Below are positions 57,366 to 64,000 of a DNA stretch of 64,000 bases, one piece after another. The notes below the pieces were generated by a model that worked only from the letters and a program-made list of their open reading frames with translations, was not told where the DNA came from and ran no database searches. The first letter of the stretch is position 1. Every line of letters begins with the position of its first letter. The position numbers and the translations under genes are program-made. Origin of the DNA: a virus; IMG/VR virus record IMGVR_UViG_3300046355_000213, positions 61,035-125,034 of that record. The stretch is one strand, 5' to 3'.

Positions 57366-57818
57366 ATGGAAAAGATACTAGAACTGGCGCTCAAAAGTGC
57401 GCCGATTAATACCAAAAACCTGATGCGTATCTTCAAGGCTACCGGTAATGCTCAAGTAGCAACAGAAATTGCCCTGGGCATCTTTGAAGAACCTGAAGTT
57501 CCTTATCACTGCTCTCTTTATATCGACAGCATGTATCATGATGCTAAGCTTGTAGAGTATAATCCTTTTACAGATGAGGTGAGGTTCAGCTACACCCCTT
57601 GTGAAATGAAAAGAGGGTGGGTACCAAAAGGAACAAAAAATCCCACAACAGATGACTTCGCATCTACCTCAACCTACTCTAATAGTGCAGCTGGTGATCT
57701 GGGTATAACAACCGAAGAGCTGGAAGAGCAGTATGATAAGGTGAGTATTGTAACAAACCTTAGAGACTATCGTAACGAAACCACTACCTCTCTTTCCTCT
57801 TGGACAAGACGAGAGTAA
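57366..57818 (+). CDS. Hypothetical protein
   Basis: 150 aa, preceded by the repeated leader element. Confidence 0.65.
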   Translation: MEKILELALKSAPINTKNLMRIFKATGNAQVATEIALGIFEEPEVPYHCSLYIDSMYHDAKLVEYNPFTDEVRFSYTPCEMKRGWVPKGTKNPTTDDFASTSTYSNSAAGDLGITTEELEEQYDKVSIVTNLRDYRNETTTSLSSWTRRE

Positions 57819-58033
57819 AATACGTACAAAAGGGTCTCTTTCGTGCCGGTGTGTTGCTTACACCGGATTGCTCTTACAAGCAAAGACAGGCAGACTATCC
57901 TGGGTAATTACCAGGCATCAGTGGCAGGATTGATGCACAATGTCATGGAGGACCTGCTTTCCTCTACTGTTTCACCTGGGTGGAGTGATGCTAGGCAATA
58001 TGTCCTGGCGAATCCACCCATTTTTTTATCCCA

Positions 58034-58273
58034 ATGAGTAAATTCAAAGTATTCAACACGCTCAAGAAAGCTAAGCACTATGTCAAGTATTACAATACCA
58101 TGATGGCTAATGAGATAAACACCGACCCATACTACGGTGGTGACTATCATCATGACTATCTGAGTATTGATGGCGACAGAGTGCTTAATCATTCTGGTTG
58201 GCGGTGTGGCTGCGGCTGTGACCGTGGACACAACAATCTGACCGTAATAGGCAGAATTAAATCAATTGTATAA
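58034..58273 (+). CDS. Hypothetical protein with CGCGC motif
   Basis: 79 aa, plus-strand operon. Confidence 0.55.
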   Translation: MSKFKVFNTLKKAKHYVKYYNTMMANEINTDPYYGGDYHHDYLSIDGDRVLNHSGWRCGCGCDRGHNNLTVIGRIKSIV

Positions 58274-58290
58274 CCCATAACAAAAAAACA

Positions 58291-58584
58291 ATGAAAAAAG
58301 TAATCCTTGCCCTGGCATTATCAGGGCTTCTGTTGAGCTGTTCAGATAGAAACAAAACAGTAAAAGTAAAAAGTGGTGCCTTGATCTCAGTATTTGATCC
58401 GGGAAGAGTTGATCTTCCTAGAGGTACTAAAGTATGCGCACTTGGTTACACCCAAAGTGGTGGAATCCGCTGGACAATGTGTACTGATGGTGAGTTCCTG
58501 GATACAACCTATGTTATCAAACACAACATCAAGGGTATATCTAAGAACGTAGCTATCATCCACAAAACCGGATACGTACAGTAG
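58291..58584 (+). CDS. Putative lipoprotein
   Basis: MKKVILALALSGLLLSC lipobox signal. Confidence 0.65.
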   Translation: MKKVILALALSGLLLSCSDRNKTVKVKSGALISVFDPGRVDLPRGTKVCALGYTQSGGIRWTMCTDGEFLDTTYVIKHNIKGISKNVAIIHKTGYVQ

Positions 58585-58586
58585 TC

Positions 58587-58772
58587 ATGAAAGTAGGTAA
58601 CTACGTTGCATTAGTGCTGGCAAGTGCCGGACTAATGATCATGCTCCTGGCTTTATTTATCTTTGGCCAGAATAGTAACAGCCTGAATGAAATCTCAGTG
58701 CACCTTTTATTTTTTCTTGGATCTGTGATAGCTGCTTTTGGTATCTTCTCTTTGAAGCCAACCAAGCAGTGA
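58587..58772 (+). CDS. Small two-TM membrane protein
   Basis: Two hydrophobic stretches. Confidence 0.6.
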   Translation: MKVGNYVALVLASAGLMIMLLALFIFGQNSNSLNEISVHLLFFLGSVIAAFGIFSLKPTKQ

Positions 58773-58793
58773 TCACGCAAACTCTAATCTAAC

Positions 58794-59051
58794 ATGAAGA
58801 CTTATCATATTTTTCATGCAGTGATGCCTCAGTTTGAGGAAATCATTGAACAAGAACGTAAGTACGTAGGTTCTGTACTTGCTGAATCTTTAGAACACGC
58901 ATTTGTGCGTAGTCAGAATCTTGAACGTCACTGGAACCAACAGAGTCCGTGTCGTAGCACCAGTGTAGGTGATGTTATTCAGTCAGAAGACAATAACATT
59001 GACTATTTGGTAGCAGGTATTGGTTTTAAGGCTCTTATCCAGTTTGGGTAA
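58794..59051 (+). CDS. YodL-like protein
   Basis: RSTSVGDVI...YLVAGIGF motif. Confidence 0.55.
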   Translation: MKTYHIFHAVMPQFEEIIEQERKYVGSVLAESLEHAFVRSQNLERHWNQQSPCRSTSVGDVIQSEDNNIDYLVAGIGFKALIQFG

Positions 59052-59063
59052 GAGCTTTTAACT

Positions 59064-59160
59064 GGTCAGGTGGCGGAATTGGTAAGACGTGCTTAAAACA
59101 GGCGGTTATAGAGTGTAGCTATGTATATAACTTTTGCAGGTTCGAATCCTGTCCTGACTA
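59064..59160 (+). ncRNA. tRNA-Leu-like element with degenerate anticodon arm
   Basis: GGTCAGG/CCTGACT-A acceptor, GCGGAATTGGTAAGACGT D arm, GCAGG-TTCGAAT-CCTGT T arm; no 5-bp/7-nt anticodon arm. Confidence 0.65.
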
Positions 59161-59246
59161 CAGTGGTGTCATTACCATAGTTTACGAACTGAAATAAAAA
59201 TGTGACAGCTGGAAAGACAGCATTTTTTTCAACCAAACAAAATAGT

Positions 59247-59843
59247 ATGAAAGCAATATTGCTCTTATTACTCGGGTTTAGTGACGCGGACACCAAGATG
59301 ATTAAGAAAGAAGTAGAATCTTTCTATCATGTCAAGGTAACAAGCGTGCAACAGGCAGATCTTCCAGAGATTGCCTATGAACCCATTCGCAAGAGGTACA
59401 AAGCAAATGAGATTCTTGACTACCTGGTCCACGCTTATCCGGAATACACTGTACTGGCTATAACTTCCAAAGACATTGCCATGAGCAAGCACGGAAGCTA
59501 TGACTGGGGTATCCTGGGTTACAGCATTGTGGGGCGCGGAGTTTCAGTAGTCTCCACGCATCGTATCAAATCACGGGACTTACTCGTGAAGGTGGTCTTA
59601 CATGAGTTTGGCCACGGGCAGGGTTTACCGCACTGTAGTAGTGCAGATCCTTGCATAATGAAAGACGCAAAGGGCAAAGGCAAGACTATCAGTCAGCAAC
59701 CTAAGGCTCTATGCAAGAAATGTAATCTTCAACTTAAAATCTCAAGACATGAAAGTAATTATCATGGTAACAATCTACCTGAGCACGTTTGCTCTGTTTT
59801 TCTTAATGCTGTCCGCCTTTGGCATCCTATGGGGATCTTATAA
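59247..59843 (+). CDS. Archaemetzincin-like (M54) Zn metalloprotease
   Basis: HEFGHGQGLPHC...CIM...CKKC; likely start MKAILL at 59247. Confidence 0.85.
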   Translation: MKAILLLLLGFSDADTKMIKKEVESFYHVKVTSVQQADLPEIAYEPIRKRYKANEILDYLVHAYPEYTVLAITSKDIAMSKHGSYDWGILGYSIVGRGVSVVSTHRIKSRDLLVKVVLHEFGHGQGLPHCSSADPCIMKDAKGKGKTISQQPKALCKKCNLQLKISRHESNYHGNNLPEHVCSVFLNAVRLWHPMGIL

Positions 59844-59967
59844 GGACGTGATCACCAGTTCTAGCTGGTTTATGTGCTACAGTCTATTCATTGGCTGGTG
59901 GTTGGCTATATTCCCTACCAGGGAGTACTACCTGACACAAGAAAAATATTTTGACAGAGTATTCTAA
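59749..59967 (+). CDS. Small membrane protein
   Basis: Two hydrophobic helices; overlaps the tail of the protease ORF. Confidence 0.55.
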   Translation: MKVIIMVTIYLSTFALFFLMLSAFGILWGSYKDVITSSSWFMCYSLFIGWWLAIFPTREYYLTQEKYFDRVF

Positions 59968-60132
59968 GACATTGTTTGGGTAAACAAGAAGCAAGTGGGG
60001 GCTGGTGTAGCAATACATTAGCCCTTTTACTTGTCTAAGATCCAAACTACATAGTATTTAACACGGATGGAAGCCTGGGTGTCGTATGATGCCTGGGCTT
60101 TATCTATTTTTTTTCACCCCAAACAAACGAAC

Positions 60133-60561
60133 ATGAAAGAATTCACTTTCACAACCAAAAGTGGTGGGTCCTACCAGGTAATTATCCAGCTGGGTAAGTA
60201 CAAAAACGGACAAACATCTATGCAGCTTATTGATGCAGCAGATGGAACGCCTGTGGCAGTGGCTAGTATAGCTGTGCCAGAACTTTCTATCAGTGATCAC
60301 CAGATCATTGTGAAAGACTACAGTGAGAATCTCGGCATGCTTGAGTTCTTACTGGACAATAACATTGCAGAAGAAACCAACGAGTACGTAGAGACTGGTT
60401 ATCACCTGTCTTCTGTAGTGAACCTGTTACCAGAATCAGAATGGACACCGGCAGTACCTGAAAACAGACAGTTTCTCATCAACGGAATGACTGTTTGGGC
60501 CAAAGATTACTTCTCGGCACTGGACATTTATGAGTTGGCTTTACAGGCTGAACAAGAGTAA
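60133..60561 (+). CDS. DUF4313-like protein
   Basis: YKNG...VASIAVP...KDYSENLGMLEFL motif; start MKEF after an A-rich leader. Confidence 0.55.
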   Translation: MKEFTFTTKSGGSYQVIIQLGKYKNGQTSMQLIDAADGTPVAVASIAVPELSISDHQIIVKDYSENLGMLEFLLDNNIAEETNEYVETGYHLSSVVNLLPESEWTPAVPENRQFLINGMTVWAKDYFSALDIYELALQAEQE

Positions 60562-60574
60562 TTTAGAAGAGGGT

Positions 60575-60650
60575 TGTATCACAGCTGTGACACACAAATA
60601 GAAGTACTATATTATTAGTATATATATTAGTGTGTCACAGCTGTGATACA
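60575..60650. repeat. 21-bp perfect inverted repeat of internally palindromic arms around a 34-bp AT-rich spacer
   Basis: TGTATCACAGCTGTGACACAC (60575-60595) / GTGTGTCACAGCTGTGATACA (60630-60650). Confidence 0.9.
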
Positions 60651-60689
60651 CCCTTGTTTTTTTCCCACCACCATTATCCCCTTTATTTT

Positions 60690-61283
60690 ATGTTAAACAT
60701 CACTTTTAACCATGATGTCGTTAGTTTGATTGACTCCATTTCAGCTGACGATGATGCCCTAGATAAGGCAAGATCCATCATACATTTTCACGCACTCTCT
60801 CAACCGTATATTATCAAGGACCTTTACGGCATTGATCTTACAACGGAAGCCATTGATGATGATGATCCTTTGTGGAACTCAATACCACCTGATTTACGCA
60901 CTAAGTCTTCTGTGCTGGAGAAATGTTTTAGAACCTGCACAACAGATGAGGAGCAGTTTATAATGCTTTTTCTGTTTGAGTCACAACGTAAAACTGCTAT
61001 TGAAATCTTCCGCGCGTATGAAACTTACTCCAGGGTTGATGAAATCATTAAAAAAATAGCTGACGAGCAAGGCTCTGAGCTTAATTCTATGCAACAGATC
61101 AAAGTTTTACTGCTTAAAGAAAAGCTAAAGCACCTTAAGGAGCTTGACGAGTTCTTTAAGTTTGTTAAAGCCTCCTCAGGTAGCTATGATATTTTCAAAG
61201 CTCTGGTGCCAGATAACAATCCTGTACAGTATCTGCTGGGTAAACTTTCTGTTATTATGGATTCCTTAGGAGAAGAAGAGTAA
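60690..61283 (+). CDS. Hypothetical protein
   Basis: Likely start MLNITF at 60690. Confidence 0.6.
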   Translation: MLNITFNHDVVSLIDSISADDDALDKARSIIHFHALSQPYIIKDLYGIDLTTEAIDDDDPLWNSIPPDLRTKSSVLEKCFRTCTTDEEQFIMLFLFESQRKTAIEIFRAYETYSRVDEIIKKIADEQGSELNSMQQIKVLLLKEKLKHLKELDEFFKFVKASSGSYDIFKALVPDNNPVQYLLGKLSVIMDSLGEEE

Positions 61284-61387
61284 AGTAAAGGGTATCAAGG
61301 CCGGGTTACTGTTTAGTAACCTGGTCACTTGATTTATACCCAATACTTGTAGAACTCAACAAACTTCTCTAATTTAGTCTTCAAATA

Positions 61388-61666
61388 ATGAAACTGAAAG
61401 GATATGGCAAATACGCGCGATCTGTGGGTATGGACCCAAGCTACACTCTCTTGGAGAAAGCTGTGTTTGCGGTGCTTTGCTGTAGTATAAACAGTTCATT
61501 GGGCTATGCCTGGATAACTGTTGGAGAAATAGCTAACAGAGTACCATGCTCTACAGCTTCTGTAAACAGGGCCCTGAAATCTTTAGAGAACTCAGGAGTC
61601 ATACAAAGAGAAGGATACCACTATTCCCATGGAAAGTCCACCCGGATCACCAAGATAGTGGTATAA
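61388..61666 (+). CDS. Helix-turn-helix protein (HTH_36 / replication-initiator N-terminus-like)
   Basis: AWITVGEIANRVPCSTASVNRALKSLENSGVIQR. Confidence 0.7.
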   Translation: MKLKGYGKYARSVGMDPSYTLLEKAVFAVLCCSINSSLGYAWITVGEIANRVPCSTASVNRALKSLENSGVIQREGYHYSHGKSTRITKIVV

Positions 61667-61895
61667 AGATAATCTAGTTGGAAGCCAGGGCAGAGATGAC
61701 CCGTATACCTGGTAAAATACAAGGATAAAAATGCAATATGTGAACTGGTCTTGGTCCCTGCGACGGATCACAGCACCAGATGGCTCTGACCATAATCCAA
61801 CCCTTGTCTAGAGGTTAAGGTGTGCAAGGCAGGCTTCGTGCTTGTCTTGCTAACCTTTAAATGTTTAATAAACCAAACAAGTTTAATTCATCCTT

Positions 61896-62114
61896 ATGAA
61901 AAAAGTGTATTACCCGGACTATGCTCCTAAGAATGTCAGTTACTCTGACTGGATAGCAAGCATACACAAACAAGTTGCGGCTGACAAAGCCAAGATTTCA
62001 ACGGAGAGAGACAAACTCCACCTCCATGAAGTAAACACACACGCTGTGATAAAATGGGACACCAGCGCAGCCTTAAACAGATTCAGACATGAAACAGGTC
62101 GAGTTAAGAAATAG
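61896..62114 (+). CDS. Hypothetical protein
   Basis: 72 aa, heads an overlapping gene run. Confidence 0.55.
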   Translation: MKKVYYPDYAPKNVSYSDWIASIHKQVAADKAKISTERDKLHLHEVNTHAVIKWDTSAALNRFRHETGRVKK

Positions 62115-62475
62115 CCCGAAGTATAACCTCTTGGTTTTTCACGGGCTCTGTGGTATGCTGGCAAATTTCATGGAAGAACATCCATTGCCTAAATACATAG
62201 AAAAGCACAAGATTAAATATCTCTCTAAGCAGCTCTTTGAAGCTTTACAGCAACCAGCAGACAAACTGCTGACAAGTTTAAAAAATGAACACGCAGAAGA
62301 TGCAGAAATAACGGGCTTGTTGCACCTCAGTGCGGTAGGTATGGAACACTTCTTCAGGCTGAATATGCAAATCAGTGACCTTGATGAAGTCAGAAAGAAC
62401 ACATTGATTGCACAACTAAATAGTTTACTCATCTCCTATGGTATTGAAACCATGGACATAAAAATCTACGAGTAA
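62089..62475 (+). CDS. Hypothetical protein
   Basis: 128 aa, coupled to the next gene. Confidence 0.6.
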   Translation: MKQVELRNSPKYNLLVFHGLCGMLANFMEEHPLPKYIEKHKIKYLSKQLFEALQQPADKLLTSLKNEHAEDAEITGLLHLSAVGMEHFFRLNMQISDLDEVRKNTLIAQLNSLLISYGIETMDIKIYE

Positions 62476-62900
62476 TGAAGAAAGAACACTTACCTAAAGT
62501 ATTTGATGCAGTTGTCATCATCACGCTCTGTATTGCCATTGGACACAATGTATCCTTGGTAATAAAATGCATTGAGCCTCTAAATCAAATGGGGTTATAT
62601 GCCCACGGATTAGTTGTTGTTTTGTATCTGTTTATTCTTATAGGTTACTTGTGGATACGCAACCTGCAAATGAACATTGATAGTCTCAAAAGAGTTCGTG
62701 AAGTAGATCTAAGAATGATCATCTTTCTGCAAGAAAACGTAGAGTTCTACAAAAGGCAAGGTGAAAAAGACAGAGGCACTGTAATCGAGCTGAAAAGAGA
62801 GCGAATGCACCTTATTGAAAAGTTGTCTATATATCAGGCAGCTGAAAAAAAAGTAATCAAAAAGAAAAATGTCACATCAAAAGATAAAGCTGCAGAATAA
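62475..62900 (+). CDS. Membrane protein with C-terminal coiled coil
   Basis: Two N-terminal TM segments. Confidence 0.6.
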   Translation: MKKEHLPKVFDAVVIITLCIAIGHNVSLVIKCIEPLNQMGLYAHGLVVVLYLFILIGYLWIRNLQMNIDSLKRVREVDLRMIIFLQENVEFYKRQGEKDRGTVIELKRERMHLIEKLSIYQAAEKKVIKKKNVTSKDKAAE

Positions 62901-63504
62901 CACCACTGTATGGTTTACTTCTGACACCCATTATGGACACAAGAATATCTGCAGAGGTGTGAGTAACTGGTCTAATCCAGAACTAGGCACACGTGACTTT
63001 GCGGATCTCAGCAAGATGAACCAGGCTATTGTAGACAACATCAATAACCATGTTGCCCAGGATGATATATTCTATCACCTGGGAGACTGGTCTTTTGGTG
63101 GCGTGGAAAACATAGCAAGGTTCAGGGAGCAAATCATCTGTAAAAACATTCACCTGGTACTAGGCAATCATGATACGCATATTGCCCAAGATAGAGAGAA
63201 CACGCATTCTTTGTTTAGTTCGGTTAATCATTACAGTGAGCTGACTATTCAGTTGGCTGATGGTGACAAACTGGACCTGGTGCTTATGCACTATCCTATC
63301 CAAAGCTGGAACGGTTTGAGCAGAGATGCTATTCACCTACATGGTCATGTGCATTTGCCTGCTGATAAAAAGCTGGGTAAAGGCAAGATGATGGATGTAG
63401 GGGTGGATGGTAATGACCTTGTGCCTTACAGTATCCAGGATATCTGTAGAATCATGGCTAAGCAGCCTGTAAAATCCAACTTTAACTTTGATCATCATGA
63501 GTAA
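62869..63504 (+). CDS. Calcineurin-like metallophosphoesterase
   Basis: FTSDTHYGH, HLGD, GNHD, MHYP, HGHVH motifs. Confidence 0.9.
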   Translation: MSHQKIKLQNNTTVWFTSDTHYGHKNICRGVSNWSNPELGTRDFADLSKMNQAIVDNINNHVAQDDIFYHLGDWSFGGVENIARFREQIICKNIHLVLGNHDTHIAQDRENTHSLFSSVNHYSELTIQLADGDKLDLVLMHYPIQSWNGLSRDAIHLHGHVHLPADKKLGKGKMMDVGVDGNDLVPYSIQDICRIMAKQPVKSNFNFDHHE

Positions 63505-63513
63505 CCTATAGCA

Positions 63514-63903
63514 ATGGAAAAAGAATTTGTAACATACAAGGTTTCATTAGCCTTAAAGGAATTAGGGTTTGATGATATGTGTTTTGCGTTTTATCGAAGC
63601 CCAATCGTTGAGTTAATGCGTTGTAGAAATAGTGAGCCTTGGATGGGTAATGCTACTGTTGCTGCCCCACTTAAACAACAAGTTTTGCGATGGTTTAGGG
63701 AGAAGTATAATATGTTAGCTTGTGTCTACTCTAATGCTTCAGGTTTTCTATATGAATACCACGACACAATTGGTGGAACCCACAGATTTGATTCAGGTTT
63801 TACTGGAGATTGTGAGTATAGTGGAGCTTTTACCACTTATGAAAAAGCAGAGAATGCTTGTATAGATAAATTAATTGAACTAGCTAAACAACAAGACAAA
63901 TGA
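63514..63903 (+). CDS. Phage hypothetical protein
   Basis: ALKELGFD...APLKQQVLRWFREK...TYEKAE pattern common in Bacteroidota phages. Confidence 0.65.
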   Translation: MEKEFVTYKVSLALKELGFDDMCFAFYRSPIVELMRCRNSEPWMGNATVAAPLKQQVLRWFREKYNMLACVYSNASGFLYEYHDTIGGTHRFDSGFTGDCEYSGAFTTYEKAENACIDKLIELAKQQDK

Positions 63904-64000
63904 GTAAAGAAGAAGAGTGCCCCGAAGACGTTATAGACGGCAGAGGTGAAGATGATGGTTTTCTGTCAGCTGTTATAGAAAAAGCACAAGTTTTTTCACA

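Noticed and set aside
57843-58037. 64-aa GTG-start ORF
   Set aside because: Lies over hairpin-rich intergenic sequence ending in a terminator-like stem; weak coding evidence
1-64000. Stop-codon reassignment, known in some crAss-like clades
   Set aside because: Long genes are intact in the standard code, TAG/TGA/TAA all end genes sensibly, and no suppressor tRNA is seen

Overview
64 kb of a large crAss-like (Crassvirales-type) dsDNA phage, probably infecting Bacteroidota; the standard genetic code fits. Bases 1-55993 are a minus-strand late/structural block. In transcription order it holds an HxlR regulator, small genes, a PD-(D/E)XK nuclease, a PRTase-like protein and a tRNA/ncRNA cluster. 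Then come Acb2/Tad1-like and Tad2-like genes, terminase, PhoH, portal, capsid module, a long tail-fibre module, tail ring/muzzle genes and cargo proteins with peptidoglycan-active domains. From 56403 short plus-strand early/accessory genes begin. Most notable: (1) a 75-nt tmRNA-like RNA lacking any mRNA domain, a tRNA-Asp with a 76-nt variable arm and other tRNA/6S-like mimics; (2) cargo proteins built from small modules separated by a recurring xxxGG motif and carrying matching C-/N-terminal docking-like peptides; (3) an apparent daisy-chained, three-way branched tail-fibre system; (4) a repeated late-promoter motif and a nested palindrome site. Protein family calls are from motif recognition only; no database search was run.
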